NCBI RefSeq assembly: GCF_009914755.1 | Contig: NC_060927.1 | Origin: the human T2T-CHM13v2.0 reference genome, Homo sapiens | DNA: 64,000 nucleotides | Reading direction: 5' to 3' (one strand) | Shown: one piece after another, positions 37,280 to 55,485 of the stretch | How positions within the stretch are numbered: position 1 is the first letter of the stretch | Layout of the letters: every line of letters begins with the position of its first letter | Program-made: the position numbers and the translations under genes | The notes under the pieces: generated by a model | Databases searched by the model: none | The model's input: only the letters and a program-made list of their open reading frames with translations | Told to the model about the DNA's origin: nothing

Positions 37280-38987
37280 TCCTCTTTCATATTTTCTATC
37301 TCATTGTCTGCAATGAGTTCATTAGTTCATTGTTCATTAATTCTGTCTAACACTATGTCTATGCTGCTTTTTACTTCAAATGTTGAGTTTTAGCTTTCAT
37401 TTATTTTTTCTTATTGAAAGTTCTGTATGGTGTTTTCATATTCGCTCTATTCTGCTTTTATTTTCAAGCTGCTTCTATGTGTCCTTTGACACAGCATTCC
37501 ATATCTGTGTTTTTCAGAGATTTTTCCTCCTCTTGCCATCACCATTTTCAAAATGCTAAAGGTTCTCTTGTTCCTTTCTGTCCAGAGGGATTTATTCCTG
37601 ATTGGTTGTTATGTGCATTATAGCCTTTTTCAGGCCTAGCCTTATGTGGGAGGGACGCCTGTTAATTTTTCAACATTAGGCAGACTGGGTTTTACTACCT
37701 GTCCCCTGTGGCAGCCATCAAAGTGGAAGCATGAGGTCTCTGGGGTTTAGTCAGAATCCCTCGAGAATAAGTAGATTAGTAAATTGCTTACTCTTTTTGA
37801 GTTCCTGGTTTTGCTTTGGTTTGGGCTCTATGGAATCATCCCTCTTATTTTACTAGCCCATCCATGCATTTAAAAAGACTTGATACGTTATCCAGACCTT
37901 TATCTTAGAGTTTGAAGCGAAGTTTTAGTTTCCTTCTTTTTTACCAGCCTCCAGATTGTGTTTTCTGCATCTCTTTTCTCGCTTTCCCTCTTTTCTTTCT
38001 GGATTTGCTACTAGTGGGACTGATGTTATGGCCATTGTCACCGTCACCACATGAGAACACTCTTGCTTCAGAGTTGTGAACCTTCTGTTTAGAGTGTGTG
38101 TTGTCATCTTCAGGTGATTTGGAAATGTTTTCATTCATGCTTCTGCTCTCAAAGACATCTGAGGCTCTTTTGTGTTTTTGACGGGGCAGGTGGGGAGGGA
38201 AGGGCCACTGGTGTTGGGCTCTTGCAGCTTATTGAGAGATTGTTGAAAGTCTGGGTGATTAATTAGTGTTACTGCATTCATAATGTACTGAAAAATTAAG
38301 GCTCACTTGTTATTTATATAAAAAGTAAATAAAAATGCTTTTTAAATCATTGTGTTTTTCAGTAATAGATGGTTTACACTTGGAGTACTGTAGTTGATCC
38401 CAGCAGATAATAGTAAGTTTAGTAATCTCCACTATTTGGGCTGACCGGTTCCAGATACCACTCCGCTGTTCGTTTCTGCTGTATATTTAGCCACCCCTAG
38501 TCTCCTTCAGCAGACAATTGAGGAATTGTTTGTGTTTGAGTCGTGTCACAGTTAAACAGTGGGCCTCTTAGAAGAGTACAGTGTGTTTTGGGCACACTTT
38601 TTGTTTCGCCTACTTGTTTTTCACTGAAAAGTAGCAAAAAGTGTTTGAACAGATTTAGAGAGAGGCACTACTTACCGTTTGCTCTTTTTTTTGTAAAACA
38701 TTTGTTACTAATGGTTAAGCAAAACATAAGGTAAATCAGTATTTTACCATGAATTATTTTTATACCTAATATTGTTTTTGGCTAACATATAAGATGAACA
38801 TAAGGAACCTTATCACAGTCTCATTTGGTACTTTTCAGGCATTTGACACTGTCAGAAGTAGCAATTCACACACAAAAAATACTGTTTTATGGAAAAGAGA
38901 ACTGAAGGTCATGAATCAGCTGTGAGGGGAAAAGTATAAATCTTTCTAAATATATTTTTGTTAATATGGGGTAGTTGATGTTGTCTA

Positions 38988-39504
<517 letters not shown>

Positions 39505-39649
39505 TCAGTAAACATTGCCTAATACATGCACAGTACCTGCCTTTGAATTGCTTGAGGTCTTAGGTAGGAAAAGCAGATAAAATAACTAAGGGTTTATAGT
39601 TGTAATTCATTGCCGAAGAATGGCCCAGTATATTAGCATAAGTAAGAAA

Positions 39650-39820
39650 AAAGAGCCTGAGATTCAGAGTTGTTAGGAAACTTGAGTTCTAGTCTTAGTT
39701 CTGTTAGTAATTAGATTTATGTGCCTTTAGGCTAACCACTTACTTTTGGGTAAGTTGGTTTTTTTTCACATATAAAACAAGGCAGATGGACTAGATGACT
39801 TAATCCTTTACAATCTTAAT
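39650..39820 (+). mobile_element. MIR
   Basis: gagttctagtcttagttctg ... cagatggactagatga. Confidence 0.6.
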
Positions 39821-40293
39821 ACCGTGTGAATTTGTTTTCCTGTGTAACTCGAGTTTAGAGGATGTGAGGGATCTTTTTGGGCAAGGACTGACCTCAGGAA
39901 GGAAATCATTTTCACTAAGCCTTGAAAGATTTGGTTGGGTAGATAAAAGGAAAAAGAAAAGCTGAGAATGCAGAAATAGATACATAAAAATTATTTAGGC
40001 CAGGAAAGTCTTTGGTGTATTTGAGGAATATGAGGCATAGGATTGACATGGTGCAGTCACGTGAGATGAAATTGACTCAGCAGTTCAGAGTTCAGTGGCC
40101 CTAATGCCAGAGTTTAGTCCTCAGTCTGTAGGTTATGGGCAGCTAGTCAGGACGATGTGTAGCCAGGGAGAGTCATAGCACTTGTTACCTTTAGTCAACT
40201 TCTGCATGATAATTAAGGTATATTTAACCAATTCTGACTTCTTTCTCCCAACAAAAAAACTGAACACAGAGAAACCCTCTAGGGAGCTAGTTA

Positions 40294-40363
40294 TTAGGTG
40301 GTGCAAAAGTAATTGCAGTTTTTGTCATTACTTGTAATAGAAACTACTTTTGCACCAACCTAA
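40294..40363. mobile_element. MADE1 (Hsmar1-derived MITE)
   Basis: ttaggtggtgcaaaagtaattgc ... tacttttgcaccaacctaa flanked by TA. Confidence 0.9.
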
Positions 40364-40744
40364 TAGAATTTCTTCCACTCAACAACAACTGAAAACATAG
40401 AGACTGAGAGAAATCCAGAGATGATGTGGTAAATCCCCAGCTAAGCAGCTGGTAGAGGCATCAGTATTGTATCCAAGGCCATGCTTATATTTATTGAGAT
40501 CTAGTCACTCGTGGTATATTAGAATTGTGGCGGCATGGTTGTCATCTTGAATAATTTCATTAGGGACATCTCTGACTCAAGTTTACTATTAAATTAGGGT
40601 TTTGTTCAGGCAAGTATTGCTTAAAGGGTACGTCATGTTAATTGGAATTTCCTTGAGACAGCTCATTCAGCATGATAGTGTGTAGTCACTAAAAAGTTCC
40701 GAAAAACACAACGCTGTGGTTCCTCTTTAGTTCTATTAGACTGA

Positions 40745-41092
<348 letters not shown>

Positions 41093-41469
41093 GAAGGATA
41101 ACCAAAATGTAAGGAAAGGCTGTGTTCTGAAAGTTGCTGTGTAATGTCATTTGCTTAGAATTTAGCATTGCTTCTCATGAATGAAAATGTCTCTCTGGCT
41201 CAGCCGTGAAAAAGCCTTCTGACCTTTCTGATACTGTAATGAAAAGCAGTATGGTAAATACCATTGCATGCATTTGGGTTTTCAACATGTTAAGGATTGA
41301 AGAGGTTTCTGTACCCTAGCTTGGAAATCTAGCTGTTGCTTATTTGTTCTGTTAAAATGTGTTCTGTCGAGTATAAGATGAAATAAATATGAGTCTTCTG
41401 CCACCTCCGTAAAACATCAAAGCATTTGGGGTATGTAGGTGAAGGGTAAAGATGGAGTACGCTTTAAAG

Positions 41470-43057
<1,588 letters not shown>

Positions 43058-43309
43058 CTTTGAAGGAGCTGAGTAGCTTTAATATGCCTGTGTTGAGAGC
43101 AGATACCAATAAAGGGAATGCCTGACCTAACTTAAAACAAGTACGTGTTGGTCTTTCTCCAGGTTATGAACTCTTACAGAGGACTCAGGTCGTCTTTTAT
43201 TTTCTCTAATGTCTAGCACAGAGTCTTATAAATAGTAATGATGATAACAATTGCAGCAGCTTTTAATCTTTGTTAGCTCATTTAATCTTTATTCTGTGAG
43301 TAGATAGTG

Positions 43310-44870
43310 AGATATAATTTGCATAACCAAAAATTCACCATTTTAAAGTGTACAATTGAGTGGTTTTAGTGTATTCACAGGGCTGTGCAGCCATCTCCAC
43401 TGTCTTCATACCGGAACATTTGCGTCCCCCAGAGAAACTTCATACCCATTAGCAGCCCCATCTCATTTCCCTCACTCCTTAGCAACCACTCACTAATCAG
43501 CCGTGTTTATGAACTAAATTCCTCTCTGTCTCTGTGGATGCCCCTGTTCCGGACATTTCATATGAAACGGAATCCTACAATATGTGGCCTTTTATGGCTT
43601 TTTTCACTTAGTGTTCGAGGGTCATCCATGTTGCAGCGTGTATCGGTACTTCTTTTTGCGGCCAAACAATATTCCATCTTATGGATACACCACGTTTTGT
43701 GTATCCGTTCATCAGTTGATGGATATTTGGGTTGTGTCTATCTTTTGGCTGTTATGAATGCTTCTGTGAACATTCATACAAAGTTTTTGCGTGAACATGT
43801 TTTTCAGTTCTCTTGGCTATATACCTGGGAGTGGAATTGCGGGGTCGCATAGTAGCTCTATATTTAATTTTTGAGGAACTTACTAACTCCCTTTTTAATA
43901 GAGTTTTTATTAGGGGATAATTTTAGATTTACAGATGAATTGCACAGATAGTAGATTTCCTGTATACCTATCACCCGGCTTCCTCTAATGTTAACATCTT
44001 ACATAACCGTGATACGTATGTCAAAACAAAGCAGCCAACATTGGTACCTCACTGTTAACCAAATTCTAGGATTTATTTGGATTCTACTAGTTGTTTCACC
44101 AGTGCCCCTTTTCTGTTCCAGGATCCAATCCAGGGTGTCACGTTGCGTTTATGGTTGTGTCTCCTCTGATCTGTTACAGTTTCTCAGTCTTGTTTTTCGT
44201 GTCCTTGACAGTTTGGAGGAATGTAGTGGTCAGGAGTTTTGTAGCATATCCCTCAACTGGGGTTTGTCTGGTGTTTTTCTCGTGATTAGGCTGGGGCTGT
44301 GGGTTTGGGGGAAGAATACCACAGAGGTGAAGTGTGCGTCCCATCACATTAGATTAGGGGATAAGTAATATTGTCATGACTTGTCGCTGGTGATGTTAAC
44401 TGTGGTCACTTGGTTAATAAGGCATGTTTGCCAGGTTTTTTCACTGCAAAGTTATTTTTCCCTTGCCATACACTGTTCTTTGGAAGTGAGTCACTAAGTC
44501 CTGCCTTCACTCAAGAGGAGACAAGGATTAAGCTGAAACTCCTAGAGGGAGACATATTTACCTATTTTATTTGCAATTCTTCTGTAAGAAAGATTTGTTC
44601 CTTTTCTCCCATTTATTTACTTATTCATTTATTTATGTCAGTATGGAATAACATACTTATTTGATACTTTGGGTCGTAATCTAATAGTATACTAATTTGC
44701 TCAGATCATCCCAGCATTGGCCTATGGAAAATCTTTCCTGTGTCCCTTTGGCATTTCCTCATCCTTTTAAAGTGCTCCCTTGCCTTCTGACACTACAGCG
44801 TGCTCTGGGCTCATCTTCCATTTTCCCTTTCCCATGCCTAGAGTCAGCCATTCCTTCAAGGAGTCATGAG
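43310..44870 (-). mobile_element. L1MB and L1MC/MD 3' fragments
   Basis: gagatataattt...aattcaccattttaaagtgtacaatt; ttttagatttacagatgaattgca. Confidence 0.78.
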
Positions 44871-45079
44871 ACGTGGTGAAGTGTAAGTCGGTGGTGGAAA
44901 CAGGATTCCATGCAAAGCAGTCTGATTCTGGAACATATGCTGTTAACCAAAAAACTGGATAACATGCAGCTGATTTATTATTATTATTGAAGGTGCATTG
45001 GCAGTTTCTACTCACATTCCATCTATGTGGGAGCCTTGAGGAAAGAATTTATAGCACTTTACACTAATTATTGTGCCCT

Positions 45080-45382
45080 GTTTTTGTTGTTGTTGTTTTT
45101 TGTTTTGTTTTTGAGATGATGTCTCACTCTGTTACCCACGCTGGAGTACAATGGCATGATCTCAGCTCTGCAACCTCTGCCTCCCGGGCTCAAGTGATTC
45201 CTCTGCCTCAGCCTCCCGAGTAGCTGGGACTACAGGCGTGCGCCACCACACCTGACTAATTTTTGTATTTTTCGTAGAGACAGGGTTTTACCATGTTGCC
45301 CAAGTTGGTCTCGAACTCATGACCCCAAGCAATCCGCCCACCTTGGCCTCCTAAAGTGTGGCGTGAGCCACCGCGCCCAGCC
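45080..45382 (-). mobile_element. AluS/J
   Basis: Antisense Alu. Confidence 0.9.
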
Positions 45383-45687
45383 GCAATGTTGTTACTAAGC
45401 TTTGTCTTTCTTCTGTCTGTAGCAAGACAGGGCCCCTCTTGTAATGCACACTGGTAGTAGCCCATACTTAGGAATAGCCAGCTGCATGCTGCTTGCATCC
45501 TACCCCAAAACAAAACAAATCCCGCATGATGTCATGAGCTGGTTAGGAAGAATCATTTTAGGGCATGTTGTCAGCACTGCCTTAGATCCTGCCCTCATTT
45601 CTTCCTTAGACCAGACAGCCTTTTGCACACAGAGATAGAGATCTTTTTCACTCCCTTTTCCCAGCCCTTCTCTAGCTAGTTACCCCC

Positions 45688-46042
45688 TCTCTTAGTCTGT
45701 TTTCATGCTGCTGATAAAGACAAACCTGAGACCGGGCCATTTACAGAAGAAAGAGGTTTAATTGGACTTACATTTCCATGTGGCTGGGGAAGCCTCACAA
45801 TCATGGCGGAAGGCGAGGAGGAGCAAGTCACGTCTTACGTGGATGGTGGCAGGCAAAGAGAGAGCTTGTGCAGGGAAACACTTCTTTTTAAAACCATCAG
45901 ATCACGTGAGATGTACTCCCTATCAGGAGAACAGCACAGGAAAGACTTGCCCTCATAATTCATTTACCTCCCACCAGGTCCCTTCCATAACATGTGGGAA
46001 TTCAAGATGAGATTTGGGTGGGGATGCAGCCAAACCATATCA
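45688..46042 (-). mobile_element. THE1B-like (MaLR) solo LTR
   Basis: ttagtctgttttcatgctgctgataaagac ... cagccaaaccatatca; near-TSD ccccc/ctccc. Confidence 0.88.
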
Positions 46043-46145
46043 CTCCCAGAAATGTTTTTGCTCCTTTACCTTTTTTTATTCTTTCTCTTTTGTAGAATGA
46101 AAAAATAATCATTTTGAGAGCGAAAATATACCATAGTGCTAGTGA

Positions 46146-46509
<364 letters not shown>

Positions 46510-47106
46510 AATCTTCTCAACTTATACCTACTTTTCTTCAGGTATAAGCATTCAAATGAAATAAAAAATTTGTTTTTAAGTTCTGAACAGTTAGCATTCT
46601 TTTCATTGTATATATGCAAGGTTTTGTTTGCTTAAATGCATTAAATAATCTTAGAATCAAATTAAGATCCAGTTACCAATGAAAACCATGTTTAGTGGGA
46701 AAATATGTTGTTTTCTAACATATGGTTTTGTATCAGAACTCATATGTATAAGTTACGGATCCTCTCCCTTTTACTGCTGATTTCAAGTATGTGTCATCTA
46801 CTTTTTTAAAGACTTAAACCTAGAAGTATGGGTAGCAGGGTTGAAGTTTTCACTGAATTAGCCATGTAGCTAAGACAGATTACCCAACTGCCTGGACAGG
46901 GCATTTACAGGTGTCACAGAACCTGAGGGATGTGGCCACACTCAGCCTTTCAGCCATGCTCTGTGTTTAATTTTGTCAGTATATCCAGATTCGTCAAGCT
47001 CCTTTGTGATTATCTGCAAAACTCAAAAGACTAATGTGTGTAAATTAGGATGTCAAATTTTCAGAGACCAAATACTGTATCAGCAGTGCATTGTTTCAAG
47101 AATCCT

Positions 47107-47652
<546 letters not shown>

Positions 47653-48047
47653 CTAGAGGTGCACCTCCCCAAGATATCCTATAATTTGCTGGTCAGAACA
47701 TATTTTTCCTCTTTGGAATTAAAAAAAAAAAAAAAGATTTCATGTTGTCTGTCTTTCTATTGAGAAGGTCTCTTAGAATCCATTGATTAGACCAGTAGCT
47801 TTTGGTAGTACCATGATGTTTCCATTTGACTTTTCAAACATTTTTCAGCTGACCATTACCAGCTTTGTTGGGGGTAAACTCAAGAGAGTTACATCTTTTA
47901 CACATTGATTTTTCCAGATTTTGCAAATGTCACTATAAATGGATAATATTTTCTAATTGGGAGTTGTGGCAGGGGTAGTTATTACTGTTTTTTGCTTGTT
48001 CGTGCTATTTTTTACTTTGTTACTAATTGTATTTTTTCCAATTCCAG

Positions 48048-48068
48048 GCCATTTCATAATTCTGAATC
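48048..48068 (+). other. PAK2: PAK2 exon 2, 5' UTR part
   Basis: Acceptor ttttttccaattccag|gcc; in-frame TGA two codons before the ATG. Confidence 0.9.
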
Positions 48069-48255
48069 ATGTCTGATAACGGAGAACTGGAAGATAAGCC
48101 TCCAGCACCTCCTGTGCGAATGAGCAGCACCATCTTTAGCACTGGAGGCAAAGACCCTTTGTCAGCCAATCACAGTTTGAAACCTTTGCCCTCTGTTCCA
48201 GAAGAGAAAAAGCCCAGGCATAAAATCATCTCCATATTCTCAGGCACAGAGAAAG
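48069..48255 (+). CDS. PAK2: Serine/threonine-protein kinase PAK2, first coding exon (aa 1-62 + 1 nt, phase 1)
   Basis: MSDNGELEDKPPAPPVRMSSTIFSTGGKDPLSANHSLKPLPSVPEEKKPRHKIISIFSGTEK is the PAK2 N-terminus with PxxP SH3-binding motifs; donor AAG|GTAAAT at 48256. Confidence 0.98.
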
Positions 48256-48751
48256 GTAAATAGCGCTTCTGGCTTTCAGAGTCTCAGCATTGGTTTATTA
48301 TTGTATGTTACCCATGTTGATAACTTTTATGGTGAGAACATTAAAACAGATCATGAAAACAATCGGTGCTAATATACAGGCACTATTAAAAAGACTAGTT
48401 TATTTTAAATTGTGATTTTTAAAAGAATAAAATGTAAATTTGTTTCTCACCCTGCTTGTTATGGCCAATGAATTTCTATATTCATCTCCTTTGTTTTCTG
48501 AGACCTTGGCCATATTTTAATGAGATTTGTGACACTTGAGGGAGACCTGCTATTATAAGAATGGTGAGATAGGGCCCACAGTCCCCTGTCTGAAATCCCT
48601 GGAGCCAACTGTGTTTTGGAATTAAGAGTTTTTGTGATTCTTGAGTAGTAAATACTGTCTTTTACCAGGTGTTCTATAATGCCCTCAGAAGTGTCGGAGG
48701 CAGCCTCAGTACTCACAGACTGATGTGTCCTCAGCAAAATATATGTCTAGT

Positions 48752-49019
<268 letters not shown>

Positions 49020-49641
49020 GTGTACGTATATATATGTGTATATAAAACATCCTTGTACCTACCACCCAGCCTAGAATTTTATCAGTACCTCTGAAGTCCC
49101 CATCTGCTATACCCCATCCTAACCTTCTCTTCGTCCCCAATATCCACCATTCTGCATTTTTATTGTAATTTTATAACATATCTAGTCACCCTCAAATATG
49201 TATGGTTTAGGCATGCCTGTTTGGGAACCTTTTATGAATGGAATTATGCTGTCTGCATTTTTTCCACATACTTTTCACTCAGCTTTATGCTTTTGAGACT
49301 TGTTGATGTATGTGGTGTAGTTTGTTCACTTTCACTGCTGTGTATTGCTACACTGTAAATATACTGCAGTTTATTTGGCCAGTCTCCTATCTGTAGACAT
49401 TTGGGTTGTTTTCATGAATAGTGTTGCTATGGATAATGTTGAACGTACATCTTACTGGGTGTAGGGCAAAGCTTCTCAAACTTCAGGTGATCTGTTAGTT
49501 TAGTTCTTGAATTGCTAATTAGAATCACCTGGGAAGCTTAATAAATCTGTGTTCAAACTCCATTTCATTCCAGTTGAATCAGCAATCAGCATCTTTAGGG
49601 GCTTACCCTGGCATTGTTTTTGGTTTTGTTTTTAATTTTTT

Positions 49642-50401
49642 TTTTCTTTTTTTTTTTTTTATTATACTTTAAGTTTTAGGGTACATGTGCACATTGTGCA
49701 GGTTAGTTACATATGTATACATGTGCCATGCTGGTGCGCTGCACCCACTAACTCGTCATCTAGCATTAGGTATATCTCCCAATGCTATCCCTCCCCCCTC
49801 CCCCCACCCCACCACAGTCCCCAGAGTGTGATATTCCCCTTCCTGTGTCCATGTGATCTCATTGTTCAATTCCCACCTATGAGTGAGAATATGCAGTGTT
49901 TGGTTTTTTGTTCTTGCGATAGTTTACTGAGAATGATGATTTCCAATTTCATCCATGTCCCTACAAAGGACATGAACTCATCATTTTTTATGGCTGCATA
50001 GTATTCCATGGTGTATATGTGCCACATTTTCTTAATCCAGTCTATCATTGTTGGACATTTAGGTTGGTTCCAAGTCTTTGCTATTGTGAATAATGCCGCA
50101 ATAAACATACGTGTGCATGTGTCTTTATAGCAGCATGATTTATAGTCATTTGGGTATATACCCAGTAATGGGATGGCTGGGTCAAATGGTATTGCTAGTT
50201 CTAGATCCCTGAGGAATCGCCACACTGACTTCCACAATGGTTGAACTAGTTTACAGTCCCACCAACAATGTAAAAGTGTTCCTATTTCTCCACATCCTCT
50301 CCAGCACCTGTTGTTTCCTGACTTTTTAATGATTGCCATTCTAACTGGTGTGAGATGGTATCTCATTGTGGTTTTGATTTGCATTTCTCTGATGGCCAGT
50401 G
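49642..50401 (-). mobile_element. L1PA2-like 3' end (ORF2 C-terminus + 3' UTR + poly-A)
   Basis: ORF 49866-50384 is the L1 ORF2 C-terminus with the CCHC knuckle (CWRGC..HCWWDC), ending FSLIGGN. The 3' UTR has GATGACGAG and CTTAAAGTATAAT, i.e. non-Ta. Confidence 0.93.
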
Positions 50402-50508
50402 AAAAATATGGAACGCTTCATGAATTTGCGTGTCATCCTTGCGCAGGGGCCATGCTAATCTTCTCTGTATCGTTCGTATTTTAGTATATGTGCTGCTGAA
50501 GCGAGCAC
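50402..50508 (-). pseudogene. Full-length U6 snRNA retrocopy, 5' part of a U6/L1 chimera
   Basis: Reverse complement GTGCTCGCTTCAGCAGCACATATACTAAAAT...GCGTTCCATATTTTT, 107 nt, ~4 mismatches to U6; shared TSD tgtttttaatttttt at 49627-41 and 50509-23. Confidence 0.97.
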
Positions 50509-51059
50509 TGTTTTTAATTTTTTAAATACCCCAGATGATAATGATGTGCAGCTCATATTAAAAACCAATGCATTGGTGGGTTATGAACTCTGTATAGTGG
50601 ACGACACTAAATGCGCTAGAATAATATAATCAGAGTGTTGTGCACACAGTGAAAACGTTGTCTTATGAAACAGTTTGTTTTAGTTATGTGTATACTGAGT
50701 CAGGATATAAAATGTATTTCTTGGTGTGGGTCCTGACCAAAGATTTAAAGGTCATTCAGAGATGTATATTTAGGATTAGAATTGCTGGGTTACAGGCTGT
50801 TCCCGTGTGTGACTTGACTAGGTTTGTCAGATTGTTTTCTAAAAGTTTTTAGTGTACATTCTCACCCACAGAAGATGAGCGTTCCCATTGCTGAGCACCC
50901 TCAGCAACTCTGGGAGGGGTGAAATACTAGCTCATTGTGTTTTAAATTGGCCTTTCCCTGATTACTCAAAAAACTGAGCATCTTTTCGGGTTAATTGACC
51001 ATTCTTGTGTGCTTTCTGTGAAATATCTGTTCAAGAGAAAGAAATATCTGTTCACTATC

Positions 51060-51381
51060 TATATTAGTCTGTTTTCACACTGCTGATAAAGACATACCTG
51101 AGACTGGGTAATTTATACAAGAAAAAGGGTTTATTGGACTTACAGTTTCACATGGCTGGGGAGGCCTCACAATTATGGCGGAAGGCAAGGAGGAGCAAGT
51201 CGCGTCCTACGTGGATGACAGCAGGCAACGAGAGAGAGCTTGTGCAGGGAAACTCCCCCTTTTAAAACCAGGAAATCTTGTGAAGACCTGCCCATGATTC
51301 AGTTACCTCCTACTGGGTCTCTCCCACAACACATGAGAATTCAAGATGAGATTTGGGTGGGGACACAGCCAAACCATATCA
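51060..51381 (-). mobile_element. THE1B-like solo LTR (small internal deletion)
   Basis: tattagtctgttttcacactgctgataaagacatacctgagactggg ... cagccaaaccatatca. Confidence 0.88.
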
Positions 51382-51589
51382 AGGTCTTTAATCCATTTTT
51401 CTACTTGGTGGTTAGCTTTTTCGTTTTCTATTAATAAACATTCCTTGTAGTCTATACACTAATCCTTTGCCAGTTATATGATGTTAAAGATAGTATTCCA
51501 GGATGTGATTTGCCTTCTCACCCTTTCAGTAGTATATTTTAATGAATAGAAGTTATTAATTTGATATGGTGGATTTGATCAATTTCTCT

Positions 51590-53219
<1,630 letters not shown>

Positions 53220-53939
53220 CTACCTCCCTTTCCTCTTACACTTATTGCTCCTACCTGGAAGCTGAAACACAGCCCAGTCACTGGGGCCCAGCTTTCGGCA
53301 TTAGGAATGAGGGAGAACCTTGTGTGTGTTTACACATCCGTGCTTTTGTAAACATAGAAATAACCTGCTCTGTTGCTCTCACTGGATTATCCCGTTCATC
53401 ACCCTAGTGGTTGCCTCTGGGTCCGCTCATTTCCACCCACCTTGCTTCTAGTTTCAGCCACCTGCAGCAGTTTGCAGAAGCATTTTCCCACTGACATCCT
53501 AACTGCTGCTTCTCTCGCTAGTCTTATGCTAATTGCTTTTCATTCTGGAGCATTCCTCGTGGATTTTATTCTGTGAAACACTCGGTTTTGGTGTAGAAGG
53601 GAGAGAACTTCAGTATGTGCTCAGTACATCATCTTGAAACAGAAGAGTCTAAAAGGCAAACAATTGTATTTCCATTTTTTAAAAATCATAATGACCTTAA
53701 GACTTTTGCCATCTCTAATGTAAGGCCTGATCTAGAGATAATTCATTTTATTCCACTAAAAAATTTACATCCCTTACTGCTTTCCTTACTAAAAAAACAG
53801 CTAATATTTTTATAAAAAGAAAATAAAGACTCTAGGATGTTTTCACTTATTAATTACTGGTTTTAATTGGTATCACCAAAAAACTCGAAAATTATCCTTT
53901 TGGATCGTGCCGTTTTAAGGCAACTTGACAGAACAGATC

Positions 53940-54590
53940 TTTTTTCCATGCTTGCTAATGTGTGTACTATGTGAATAATCAGAGATGAGTGATAAAGCAG
54001 ATAGTGTCCCTGCTCCCACGACAGCAATCTCAAACCATGGTATAGAATTACAAGCCATGAAAAGTGGTACAGAGGCAGTGCACAACATGTGTCCAATCTG
54101 CAGTGTCTGGGAAGGCTTCCTAAGGAGGTCATAATAGAGCTGAAGACTGCAGGATGGGTAAGGGAAACGATAGTTACAAAGTGTGTTCCATGCCCGGGAA
54201 GAGCCTGTTTCAGTGGCCCACCTACAGGAGGGATCAGAGCACATCCATGGAGCTGAGTGCCGCCCGGTGTTACTGGAAAGCAGAGAGGGAAGGACAGAGA
54301 ATTACAGCAGGGTGTATGTAGGCACTACAGACAGCAGAAGAGGCTGAAGAGGTAGGCAGTGACCAGGTCATAAAGGGCCTTGTATTCTATGCTACAGAGC
54401 TCACATTTTATCCTGTTTCCTGGGGAACCATTACAGATTTTTAATCAGGGGAAAGACCTGGCCATCTCTCTGTTTTAGTTAGGAGAGAATGGTAGGTATA
54501 TAGAAAAAAGGTTTTGTTCGAAGTGTGAGAGTGAAGTTGGAAACTAGTTAGGAGGCTTTTGCTGTAGCCCAAGTGAGAAATGGCCTAACT
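53940..54590 (-). mobile_element. L2 fragment
   Basis: gggaaggcttcctaaggagg; gaccaggtcataaagggccttgt; ggaggcttttgctgtagcccaag. Confidence 0.65.
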
Positions 54591-54813
54591 AGTCTACTAG
54601 TTTAAATAATGAAAATGTCAGTGAGCCATTTGACTTTTTAAAATAAGCTTTATTCATACAGCTAGAGTTGGATGGTATTGTCTTTATTAACTAAAGCAAT
54701 TTTCACATCTAGCTATTCAACCTATAAGCACCTTCACTTCTGGTTGGTTATGACTTAGATCTGTAAACAACCTTTCTGATTAAAAAAATGAATTCTGAGA
54801 TTAATAATAGTAA

Positions 54814-55485
<672 letters not shown>

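Larger units (their letters stand above)
49466..50570. mobile_element. MER5-like hAT fossil hosting the U6/L1 insertion
   Basis: cttctcaaactt..agaatcacctgggaagctt ... ccccagatgataatgatgtgcagc. Confidence 0.55.

Noticed and set aside
38350-38736. Possible cryptic exon (tgtgtttttcag ... aag|gtaaat)
   Set aside because: Splice-like words alone are common in a 42-kb intron; no supporting ORF or other evidence is visible.
48048-48068. N-terminal extension or uORF for PAK2
   Set aside because: An in-frame TGA lies two codons upstream of the ATG, and there is no ATG in exon 1 or the exon 2 UTR.
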